This document shows positions 53,467 through 64,000 of a stretch of 64,000 nt of DNA, piece by piece. Origin of the DNA: Eledone cirrhosa (Eukaryota). Both the position numbers and the translations under genes were made by a program. Within the stretch, counting starts at the first letter, position 1, and the number at the start of each line of letters is the position of its first letter. Below the pieces are notes generated by a model. The model was not told the origin of the DNA, did not search any database, and saw nothing but the letters and a program-made list of their open reading frames with translations. The DNA is taken from positions 123,194,001 through 123,258,000 of the forward strand of contig OZ024745.1 of assembly GCA_964016885.1 (NCBI GenBank), written 5' to 3'.

Positions 53467-53820
53467 ATGGAAACTATATTTATAAAACCATAATTATTTT
53501 ATTATATATATTTCAAGGGCAACCAAGGTAGTTTTGGTGCGCTTTCATCAGATAAAATACAAAATTTGTTTTATAAATGTTGACATACCCATAGAAAAAC
53601 AACCTTAACGGTTGGAGGTTCGCTGGATAGTCAGTTGTATTTTATCTGATGAAAGCGCACCAAAATTGCCTTGGTTGCCCTTGAAATAATAAAATAATAA
53701 AATAAATATAGTTTCCATTTATTAATATATTGAATATTTACTCCTTTTACTTGTTGAGTGCTTTATATCAGTTATAAAACCTTTTAAGCTTGTTGAATCC
53801 CAACAAATTAAATATAACTT
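53467..53820 (+). mobile_element. Fold-back PLE pLTR-like element, family A
   Basis: Inverted arms 53467-53562 / 53635-53718 homologous to 2902-3310; flanked by (TA)n. Confidence 0.75.
53495..53559 (-). ncRNA. Minimal type-I hammerhead ribozyme
   Basis: Minus strand: TATTTTAT-CTGATGA-AAGCGCACCAA aactacc TTGGTTGCCCTT-GAAA-TATATA-TA^ATAAAATA. Confidence 0.72.
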
Positions 53821-53969
53821 CTGCATATATATATATATATATACACATATACATATGTACGCACACAAACACAGACACACGCACACACATACACACATAT
53901 ATATATATATATAAACATTCACATAGATGATGTGAGCCCTAGCTATGTCACCTAGCAATGATCCTTGTG

Positions 53970-54658
53970 TTATGTTGTGTGTGTGTGTGTGTTCATGTGA
54001 CTGTGGGTGTGTGTTTGAGTGTGTGTGTTCATGTAACTGTGTGTGTGAGTGTGTGTGTGTGTGTGTGCGATGCTGTGAGTGAGTGTGTGTATTCATGTGA
54101 GTGTGTGTGACTGTGTGGAGTGTGTGTGTGTTCATGTGACTGTATGTGAGTGTGTGTGAGTGTGACTGTGTGTGAGTGTGTGTGTGTGTGTTCATGTGAC
54201 TGTATGTGTGTGTGTGTGTGAACATGTCTCTATGTGTGTCTGTGTGTGAGTGTGTGTGTGTGAACATGTGTCTGTGTGTGTGTGTGTGTGTGTGTTCTTG
54301 TGACTGTGTGTCAGTGTGTCTGTCTGTGTGTGAGTGTGTTCATGTGACTGTGTGTGAGCATGAGTGTGAGTGTGTGTATGTTCATGTGACTGTGTGTGAG
54401 CATGAGTGTGAGTGTGTGTGTGAGAGAGTGTATGTGTGTATGTGTGTGCGCGCGCGCGTGTGTGTGTGTGTGTGCGTGTGTGTATGTGACTGTGTGTGCT
54501 CATGTGCGTGTGCGTGTGTGTGTGTATGTATGTGTGTGTGTATGTGTGTGTGTATGTGTGTGTATGTGACTGTGTGTGTGTGTGTATGTGTGTGTATGTG
54601 ACTGTGTGTGTGTGTGTGTGTGTGTGTATGTGACTGTGTGTGTGTGTGTGAGTGTGTG
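53970..54658. repeat. Degenerate (GT)n repeat
   Basis: Direct reading. Confidence 0.95.
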
Positions 54659-54950
54659 CTGCTACATATGGTTGATATGGTTATTGTTTATATTCAAATG
54701 AAATCCTAACAGAAAAGTTACTTGTCAGCTTTTATTGATCTATATAACCGATGTGGCAGACTCTGCTCCATTCACTGCTAGCTTCTTCTTCTCTCTCTCT
54801 CTCTCTCTCTCTCTGTGTCTGTGTGCGTGTTAGTGTTATTTTATATGTATGTATATATATATATAAACACACGCGCACACACACGTGTATATATATATAT
54901 ATATATACACACGCGAATGCATATATATATATATATATGCATATATATAT

Positions 54951-55581
54951 GAATGTTGAGAAGCCAGAGGGGATCACTAATGTAGGCAGGAAGCCGCTAG
55001 AATTGGTTGAGGGCTTCCTGTATTTGGGAGCAAAGATTGGGAATACGGAAGATGATGTGGTTGAGAGGAAGAGCAGGGCCTGGGCGGCGTGCCACAGCTT
55101 GAGATCGGTGTGGAAGTCAGACCTTCGAAGAGACCTGAAAGTCCGCCTCTTCATTGCTGTAGTGGAGTCTGTGCTGCTGTATGGGTCTGAGACTTGGACA
55201 CTGACCAAGAAACTCACTCAGATGGTGGATGGGTGCTACACGAGAATGTTGAGGATGGCTCTGCACATTAATCAGTATACACTGAGGATGAAAAACTCAG
55301 AGCTGTATGGGAGCATCCCAAAAGTCAGCTCAAAAGTGACACAGAGGAGACTGAGGTTAGCTGGACATGCTCACCGACATCCAGAGTTGACATTGCACTC
55401 AGTGCTCCTTTGGGAGCCCCTACATGGACACACTGGAAGAGGAAGACCAAGGTTAACGTATGTTGATGCCCTAAGGACAGACACTGGTCTGTTGGAGACG
55501 CAGGACATGGCAGCGATAATGAGGGACAGAGACCGCTGGAGAGAACTCGTCCATGGATCTCGGGAATTTTACCCGCCTTAG
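54951..55581 (+). mobile_element. 5'-truncated RTE-clade LINE, third family; open frame to its stop
   Basis: LELVEGFLYLG...ESVLLYGSETWTLT...DGCYTRMLRMAL...RLRLAGH...GRGRP; inserted in (TA)n. Confidence 0.88.
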
Positions 55582-55596
55582 ATATATATATATATA

Positions 55597-55650
<54 letters not shown>

Positions 55651-55667
55651 TATATATATATAATATA

Positions 55668-55773
<106 letters not shown>

Positions 55774-56091
55774 GCATATATATATATATATGCATATATA
55801 TATATATATATATATATATGCATATATATATATATATATGCATTCGCGCGTTAGTGTTATATATATTTATATGTATGTATATATATATATATAAACACAC
55901 GCACACACACACATGTATATATATATACACACACACGCGAATGCATATATATATATATATATATGTCAATGTAACATATTAATGTGTGTGTGAGTGTGTG
56001 TGTATGCCAGTATGTTTGTCATCATCATCATCATCGTTTAATGTCTATCTTCCATGCTAGCATGGGTTTAGACGGGAATTGTCCCACTTAA

Positions 56092-56700
56092 AATAATAAT
56101 AATGAAATTATTGTGTACAGTGCTCAGGTGCATTAAAACTCATCAAAGGTGCATGTAAAGTATATAGAATAATATACAAATGTGAGGGAAGTGAATAGTG
56201 TATGAGTCATGATATACATGTGTGCGTGCGTATGGAGGGAGAGTATTAGGTGTAGTGTTGGCGAATCTCAGGAAGCATGGAGGTTTTAAAGGATGCAGTG
56301 TCGTGACAGCTAACTGATGCAGGTAGTTTGTTCCATGGAGGTTTTAAAGGATGCAGTGTCATGACAGCTAACAACTGATGCAGGTAGTTTGTTCCATGCT
56401 TCAGCAACTCTGAGCGTGAAAAAATGTTTCCGAAAGTCATGGGAGCTGTGCTGTTTTCTGACTTTGTTGGCATGCCCACGTGTGTTAGACATGGAGATCG
56501 AAAAGGTGCTCAGGGTTGTTGTTGGCAAGATGGTTAACAACTTTGTGGGTGTTTACCAAGTCAGTTGCCAGACGTTGGAGCTTCAATGTATCCATGCCCA
56601 GAGAAGCAAGGCGTTCAGAGTATGGTATTCACTTGGTTGAACGTCTCTGAACAGTTTCCAGGAGGTCAATATTCTGAGCAAGATAGTGGTTCCAGACTAT
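56092..56700 (-). mobile_element. CR1-like LINE 3' end with internal tandem duplication
   Basis: TRGHANKVRKQHSSHDFRKHFFTLRVAEAWNKLP; a ~60-bp duplication around 56276-56397; (ATT) tail. Confidence 0.8.
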
Positions 56701-56982
56701 GTTAATTAATATATAAATAGTTATATGTATATGTTAATTAATATATGTATTTATATGTACATGTTAATTACTATATATATTTATATTTACATGTTAATAT
56801 ATATATTTATATGTACATGTTAATTATTATTAGATCTGAACTCAGTTTGGATCATGCTGTCAAAACAGCCGGAGCTCAGCTGTCGGGGTCCTGACTCTTT
56901 TCCTATTACCCACTCTACTACCCTAAGTATCGAGTACTCTTGTGCATTATGGTCCACCTGGTTTCTTACCATACCTTCTTTG

Positions 56983-57019
<37 letters not shown>

Positions 57020-57226
57020 TATATATATATATATATAGAATATACTAGTTTTTTCTTCAAAGTCACAAGGCCAACAAATTTTTGGGGAAGTAACAGTTGA
57101 TTAAATCAACCCCAGTGCATTACTGGTACTTTATTTTATTGAAGCAAATCCTCTTTCTAGAGGTATCTGAGGAACTTGCATTTTCCATATAATGATACTC
57201 TGCTCCAAAAGAGCATAGAGTGCTCA

Positions 57227-57322
57227 ACTGCCTATGGACGCATCCAAGCAACCTTACCACAAATATATATATATAATTTTTTTTTTTTTAGGTAAGGTTG
57301 CTTGGGTGCGTCCATAGGCGGT
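57227..57322. repeat. Short GC-balanced hairpin / mini-MITE
   Basis: 32-bp arms ACTGCCTATGGACGCATCCAAGCAACCTTACC / GGTAAGGTTGCTTGGGTGCGTCCATAGGCGGT with an AT-rich loop. Confidence 0.8.
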
Positions 57323-57332
57323 ATGCCTGTTG

Positions 57333-57390
<58 letters not shown>

Positions 57391-57396
<6 letters not shown>

Positions 57397-58031
57397 ACAA
57401 GGGCAGAGAGATCTCCAGATATAAAGCAATGCCTGTGCCATGAAGCTTTTATAGTGAGCAAAGGCACTGCACAAAGCCAGTCCCACTCTCTTAACCAAGA
57501 TGATATTTACCAAAAAGAAGAACAAGTCAACATCATTGGATACCATCAGGGTTGCAGGTGTTATATCAGAGTTTTCCTTCTCCTAGAATTCTGCCTTGAC
57601 AAAGGCTAAGGGGTCATCTCTCCCGGTGATGGCCATCCAAAATCACAGGGAGAGATGACCCCTTAGCCTTTGTCAAGGCAGAATTCTAGGAGAAGGAAAA
57701 CTCTGATATAACACATGCAACCCTGATGGTATCTAATGATGTTGACTTGTTCTTTTTGGTAAATATCATCTTGGTTAAGAGAGGGGGACTGGCTTTGTGC
57801 AGTGCCTTTGCTCACTATAAAAGCTTCACAGCACAGGCATTGCTTTATATCTGGAGATCTCTCTGCACTTGTCGTCACATGGTACCATGGGCCCAGCACT
57901 ATGTGTCAATAATTGTCACAAGTGTAGTGTTTGTACCAGAGTTTTCAAGTCACACTCGTTCAGCGCATCGGTAAGGGTTCTCCTACATGGATATAAAGTA
58001 GTGGCCGTACTCGAAAACGAGTTGGCAGCCA

Positions 58032-58033
<2 letters not shown>
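57391..58033. mobile_element. Inverted duplication of the bipartite RTE-derived element
   Basis: 57391-57630 is the reverse complement of about 57643-57875; both match 32745-32983. Confidence 0.85.
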
Positions 58034-58075
<42 letters not shown>

Positions 58076-58322
58076 TAGGTGGTTCAGTGAATTACTGGTA
58101 TTGGTACCAAATCAAACACACTATGCACAGGCGGAGTGTATATAATAGAAAAAATATAAATATCTTTTATATGTAAACGAAACTTCCTCGTTTTGTTTCT
58201 ATTATATATATATATATATATATATACATATATAGATATATACATAGTTCTTATATATTTGATATATATTTATCCTTATCGAGCCCTCTTTGGAATTTAG
58301 TCTTCAAATTTATTATTATTAC

Positions 58323-58354
<32 letters not shown>

Positions 58355-58722
58355 AAATTAGCGAGAATCGCATTTCGGCTATTGGAAATTATCGAAAAAC
58401 AACTTCCGAGATGTGTGGCAAGCGCTCTATAGAAACGAGTGAAGTAGAGCAACAACATACATGTATATATATGTATATGTATATATTGTATATAAATATA
58501 TAACTGTTTCATTTGCATAATAAAGATACCTATACTCTATCAATGTATTGAGTACCTTTTTTAAACTATGGTTATCCCCCAAATCAACTCGGGAATCTAT
58601 AGATGTATATATATATATATATAAAAGACGTATGTATACAGATATAACTTTATATATATATATATATATAAAAATAAGACATATGTATATACTTTATACT
58701 TTATATATATATATATATATAT

Positions 58723-59070
58723 ATCATCATCATCATCATCATTTCATTTTACGTTGACTTTTTCCCTGTTTGCAAGAGTGGGACGGGAACTGATGCTGGC
58801 TTGATTTCTACAGCTGGATGCCCTTCCTAACACCAACCTCATTTACAGTGAGTGCTGGGTGCTATTTTGCCGTGGCACCTCCACGACCACTTTACAGTGG
58901 AATGATAGGGACCCAAGTCCCTATCATCGCATTTCTACAGCTGAGTAAACTGGAGCAATGTGAAATAAAGTGTCTTGCTCAAAGAAACAACACATCACCC
59001 GGTCTGAGAATTGAACTGACAACCTTTCGATTGCAAGGCCAATGCTCTAACCACTAAGCCATGTGCCTCC
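58723..59070 (-). mobile_element. Full-length tRNA-headed SINE with RTE tail
   Basis: Minus strand GGAGGCACATGGCTTAGTGGTTAGAGC...GTTCAATTC...; RTE-like tail; (GAT)n. Confidence 0.85.
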
Positions 59071-59495
59071 ATTATATATATATAAAGGGGAGAGGAAATG
59101 AAGTCGGAAGTGGAAAAGATTGAGAAAGAAAAAACGATTGTGAGAGAGGGGTTTAGAGAGAGGGATGGGGAGGAGAGAGGGGGAGCCAGAATGCACTCGC
59201 ATGTTGGTGTGTGCAGGCGCGTGATGCACTTGTCACACACGTTCTGATTCCTGTGTATGAATGACTGTTTTCTATCTACTGCTTCCCTCTGTGCGTGTGT
59301 GTTTGTGCTTGCGTGTTTGTGTCTGTGTGTGTGTACATGTGTGTGTGTGTGTCTGTGTGTACGTGTGTATGTGTGTACGTGTGTACGTGTATGTGTGTAT
59401 GCGTGTGTGACACCTTCGAAAATAAACTGCAGTGCAAGCTGCTCTTTAGTAACATAAATAGTAGGATTGTATGTCGACATAAAGTATCTATTATA

Positions 59496-59577
<82 letters not shown>

Positions 59578-59759
59578 ATCTATCTATCTCTTTCTTTCTC
59601 TCTCTGTATCTATCTTATCAGATATGTAGGTAGATAGATATATATGTGTGAGAGTGCATATGTGTGTATGTGTGTGTATGTATATATATATATGATGATG
59701 ATGATGATGATGATATATATAAAAATATAAAAGCAGGGAAAAGCGGACGTAAAATGATG

Positions 59760-59829
<70 letters not shown>

Positions 59830-59831
<2 letters not shown>

Positions 59832-62800
59832 GCTGGGTGGAGTAGGAATCATGGTAGCAGAAAAGTGGGCAGATAAGATAATAGACGTAAATAGAGTGAA
59901 CGACAGAATAATTAAAATACGACTTGTCCTCAATAGAACTACGGTGACAGTAATATCTGCGTACGCACCCCAATCCGGACTGCCCGGCACTATAAAAGAC
60001 AGATTCTATGAGACACTGTTGCTAACTACCTCCCAAATATCTGACAGTGACTATATAATTATTGCAGGCGACCTAAATGGTCACGTTGGACAACATTGTG
60101 ACGGCTACGACGAAATCCATGGAGGCTATGGGTTTGGTACTAGAAATGAGGAAGGCTCCAGAATCCTGGAATTCTGTGATGCAAATAACCTAACTATCTG
60201 TAACACTAACTTCAAAAAACGTGACAATCACCTGATCACCTATAGATCCGGGGAACACACAAGCCAGGTAGATTATATCCTTACCAGAAGACGTGACAGA
60301 GTGTCTGTTGTAAACACTAAATCCCTCCCCCATGAAGAATGCACCTCCCAACATAGACTGATAATTAGCGACCTCATAGTCAGGACGAGACGTACTCGAC
60401 AGCAGAAGAGGACTATCCTCAGGAGGAAAATATGGAAACTAAAGGACCCCACAGCCAGAAATAAATTTCAAAGCATATTACTTGACGCTTTCGACAGTAA
60501 GGAAGAGCATCTAGAATCGGACAATATAGAGGGACAGTGGGAATTTCTGAAAGCAAACCTGCTGTTGGCGACAGACGAAGTCTGTGGCTGGAGCAGGCCG
60601 GTAGGCAGGAGGAGAGTAACATGGTGGTGGAACAGTAGGGTGGAGGGGTCAATTAAGGCCAAAAAGCAGGCTTGGAAAGTATGGCGGGATGGGGGAAGTA
60701 GAGTAGACTATCAAGTGGCCAGGAGGGAAGCTAGGAGAGAAGTGTACTTAGCAAGAAGGGAAGCTGAGGAAAGAAAGTTCAAGCATGTTCTACAACGCGA
60801 TGACCAAAAACGTGAGGTGTTCAGGATTGCTAGGCAATGCGTCAAGGAAAACCGTGATATTGTCGGGGAGAAGTGTGTACTTAACGATGATGGCATACTT
60901 GCCATCACCGACACTGATAAGAAGGTAGCTTGGAAGTGTCACTATGAAAGGCTACTAAATGAGGAGAATAAATGGGAGAAAGACAGTCTCCCCCATATCG
61001 ACCCAATAGAGGGACCAGCAGTGTTAGTCGAGGGGAGTATAATAAGTAAGGCAATCAAGGATATGAAGACGGGTAAGGCGGCTGGGCCTTCGGAAATAGT
61101 TGCTGAGATGCTGAAGGCATCTGGCACGGTGGGACACACCATGGTCACCCGCATAGTTAACCAAGTCGTACAGAATGGGGTTGTTCCGAAGGACTGGCAT
61201 AGCAGCATCATCGTTAACTGTTATAAGGGTAAAGGAGACGCCCTAGATAGGAGTAACTATAGAGGCATTAAATTAATCGACCAGGTCATGAAGGTCACGG
61301 AAAAAGTAATAGCGCAACTAATCAGAGAGAGAATTGACCTAGATGAAATGCAGTTCGGGTTTGTGTCAGGCAAAAGCACCACAGACGCTCTTTTCATAGT
61401 ACGACAACTACAGGAGAAGTACCTAGCTAAAGGTAAACCCCTCTACTTAGCTTTTGTCGACCTGGAGAAAGCCTTCGACAGAGTCCCCCGTTCCATTATC
61501 TGGTGGGCTCTTAGAAAACTAGGCGTTGACGAATGGCTTGTGAGGGCTATACAAGCCATGTATAAAGAAACAGTCAGCAAGGTTAGAATTAACAACGAAT
61601 ATAGTGAAGAGTTTAGCGTAAAAGTTGGCGTCCATCAGGGCTCTGTTCTCAGCCCCCTACTATTTATTTTTGCCCTTCAGGCTATAACAGAGGAGTTCAA
61701 GACAGGCTGCCCATGGGAACTCCTATACGCAGACGACCTGACACTCATAGCGGAATCAATGGCCGAGCTAGAGAAGAAATTCCAAACATGGAAGCACGGC
61801 CTAGAGTCAAAAGGACTTAAAATTAACCTGGCTAAGACCAAAGTTCTAGTTTGTAGGAAAGAAAACAAGGCGGCGATCCCTTCTGGGAAATGGTCGTGCT
61901 CGGTGTGTAGGAAAGGCGTAGGTAGAAACTCCATTTTATGTCCTAAATGCAAAGTATGGGTGCATAAAAGATGTAGTGGGATCACAGGTAAGCTAACTAA
62001 GAACATAGATTTTACATGTGGCCGGTGTTCTGGTGCAATAAGTAGCAGCAAGTGCCCACAAAATACTAGCTCTTTCAATTGCGCAGAGGGTTCTATAGAA
62101 ATAGTGGACAGCTTCCGTTACCTGGGCGATAAAATCAGCAGTGGGGGAGGGTGCTCTGAAAGTACTGTAGCTAGAGTTAGAACTGGTTGGAAAAAGTTCA
62201 GAGAGCTTATACCACTATTAGCTGCTAAAGGGTTCTCCCTAAAAATGAAAGGCAGGTTGTACGATGCCTGCATACGAACAGCAATGTTGCATGGTAGTGA
62301 GACCTGGGCATTGTGTGCAGAGGATATACGCAGACTAGAGAGGAACGAAGCTTGCATGCTCCGCTGGATGTGTAACAGTAATATACGTGAACGGCAAAGC
62401 ATAAACGAACTAAGGAAAAAATTAGAGATAAGAGGGATCAGATGTTGTTTACTCGAGAGAAGGCTGCGTTGGTATGGACACGTGATGCGCATGAAAGTCG
62501 ATAGCTGTATAACAAAGTGCAGGGCAATAAAGATAGACGGTAGCCACGGAATAGGCAGACCTAGAAAAACCTGGGATGAGCTGATAAACTCCAACCTCAC
62601 ACACTTACACCTCTCCAAGACAATGTCACTGGACCGAGACCTTTGGCGGTACTCAGTAACAGAGAAGACCCACCTTGCCAGTAGGCATCTCTAACAAAAT
62701 ACACCCCGTCCCACCACCACCCCCACCCCATCCTCACCACCCCGTTCTATGTAAAGTTATGTTGGTGCCGCGCCATCCATGCCGAAACAAATGAGATCGT

Positions 62801-63052
62801 GTAGGTGTCACGACAAAAAAACACACAGTCCACGCTGTAATGTGGCCGTGTAGGCAACACGGTAAAAACCTCCCAGACCCACACTGTAAATGTGGTTGGT
62901 GTTAGGAAGGGCATCCAACTGTAGAAAACCTGCCAGACAGTCCTATGCGAGCAAGACAATCACTCTTGCCTCAAGTGGGACTACCCACGTCCAAACCCAT
63001 GCAAGCGTGGAACACGGACGTTAAACGTTGATGATGATGATGATGATGATGA
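59830..63052 (+). mobile_element. Young RTE LINE, slightly 5'-truncated at a (TA)n tract
   Basis: Uninterrupted ORF, about 330-bp 3' UTR, (GAT)n tail. Confidence 0.95.
59851..62694 (+). CDS. RTE LINE polyprotein: APE endonuclease (N-terminus missing), reverse transcriptase, Cys-rich zinc-finger-like insert
   Basis: 947 aa open; [26 protein letters not shown] (APE); [38 protein letters not shown] (RT). Confidence 0.93.
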   Translation: MVAEKWADKIIDVNRVNDRIIKIRLVLNRTTVTVISAYAPQSGLPGTIKDRFYETLLLTTSQISDSDYIIIAGDLNGHVGQHCDGYDEIHGGYGFGTRNEEGSRILEFCDANNLTICNTNFKKRDNHLITYRSGEHTSQVDYILTRRRDRVSVVNTKSLPHEECTSQHRLIISDLIVRTRRTRQQKRTILRRKIWKLKDPTARNKFQSILLDAFDSKEEHLESDNIEGQWEFLKANLLLATDEVCGWSRPVGRRRVTWWWNSRVEGSIKAKKQAWKVWRDGGSRVDYQVARREARREVYLARREAEERKFKHVLQRDDQKREVFRIARQCVKENRDIVGEKCVLNDDGILAITDTDKKVAWKCHYERLLNEENKWEKDSLPHIDPIEGPAVLVEGSIISKAIKDMKTGKAAGPSEIVAEMLKASGTVGHTMVTRIVNQVVQNGVVPKDWHSSIIVNCYKGKGDALDRSNYRGIKLIDQVMKVTEKVIAQLIRERIDLDEMQFGFVSGKSTTDALFIVRQLQEKYLAKGKPLYLAFVDLEKAFDRVPRSIIWWALRKLGVDEWLVRAIQAMYKETVSKVRINNEYSEEFSVKVGVHQGSVLSPLLFIFALQAITEEFKTGCPWELLYADDLTLIAESMAELEKKFQTWKHGLESKGLKINLAKTKVLVCRKENKAAIPSGKWSCSVCRKGVGRNSILCPKCKVWVHKRCSGITGKLTKNIDFTCGRCSGAISSSKCPQNTSSFNCAEGSIEIVDSFRYLGDKISSGGGCSESTVARVRTGWKKFRELIPLLAAKGFSLKMKGRLYDACIRTAMLHGSETWALCAEDIRRLERNEACMLRWMCNSNIRERQSINELRKKLEIRGIRCCLLERRLRWYGHVMRMKVDSCITKCRAIKIDGSHGIGRPRKTWDELINSNLTHLHLSKTMSLDRDLWRYSVTEKTHLASRHL

Positions 63053-63173
63053 TATATATATACATACATATATATATATAAATGTATGTATATATGTATA
63101 TATGCATATATATGTATATGTATATGCATATATATTTATAAATATGTGTATATATATATATATATATATATGC

Positions 63174-63205
<32 letters not shown>

Positions 63206-63306
63206 GTGTATATATATATATACACACATATATATATATGTATATTTCATCATTTTACGTCCGCTTTTCCCTGCTTTTATATTTTTATATTTATATTTTT
63301 ATATAT

Positions 63307-64000
63307 ATCATCATCATCATCATCATCATCATTTTACATTCGCTTTTCCCTGCTTGCAAGGGTTGGACGGGTTGGACGGGTTTCAGCACAGCATCTCTCC
63401 ACTTGTCACGGTCCTTCGTCATCTCCTCGGTGAGTTTCAGCAATCTCAGGTCTGCTCTTACCACCTCCGCCCATGTTTTTCATGGTCTACCTCTACTGCG
63501 TCTTCCTTCTACTGGGATTTCTTGGCACTTCTTTACTCAGCGGTCATCCTCCATGCACATCACATGTCCATACCATCTCAGCCTTCTCTCCTGCATCACC
63601 ACAACTTATCCCTCTTATACCCAGTTTCTTTCTCAACTCGTCTATACTTGGTCGTTCACACACATTGACATTGCACATCCAATGGAGCATACTTGCTTCA
63701 TTTCTCTCCAGCCATCGCATATCCTCTGCAGTTGCTGCCCATGTCTCACTACCATGCAGCATCGTGCATTTCAGACAGGCATCATATAACCGTCCTTTTG
63801 TATGCAGGGAGAAACCCTTCTTTGTCTACAAAGGAAGCAGCTCCCTAAACTTCTTCCAACCCGTCCTTATTCTAGATACTATTGCCTCAGAACACCCCCC
63901 TCCCATGCTAATCTGATCACCTAGGTACCGGAAGTTATCAACCACTTCTATAGAACCCACCTGCATTTGAAAAATGTGTCTATCACTGTGATTACTACTG
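63307..64000 (-). mobile_element. RTE LINE 3' part, decayed, running off the window end
   Basis: [32 protein letters not shown]; (GAT)n tail. Confidence 0.9.

Noticed and set aside
57160-57200. CTGAGGA core on the plus strand
   Set aside because: No stem II or GAAA

Overview
This is AT-rich, repeat-saturated animal genomic DNA, intergenic or intronic. The mix of (TA)n/(CA)n/(GAT)n microsatellites, Nin-domain-like tRNA SINEs and abundant RTE LINEs suggests a coleoid cephalopod such as Octopus (inference). I cannot support any host protein-coding gene, and most ORFs in the track are microsatellite artefacts. Real coding sequence is all transposon-derived: a long open RTE APE-RT ORF (59851-62694) plus decayed RTE copies, a DD37D (maT) Tc1/mariner element, a hAT transposase relic, an R4/Dong-like endonuclease fragment in (TAA)n, a CR1-like 3' end and a Penelope-like (PLE) GIY-YIG fragment. 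Non-autonomous repeats include piggyBac-type MITEs, two SINE families and Helitron-like ends. The most striking unexplained layer is about ten minimal type-I hammerhead ribozyme motifs from several unrelated sequence families. Many lie in long fold-back elements inserted next to (TA)n tracts, consistent with PLE pseudo-LTRs or non-autonomous retrozyme-like elements. All coordinates were read by eye, and all structures are manual pairings, not computed folds.
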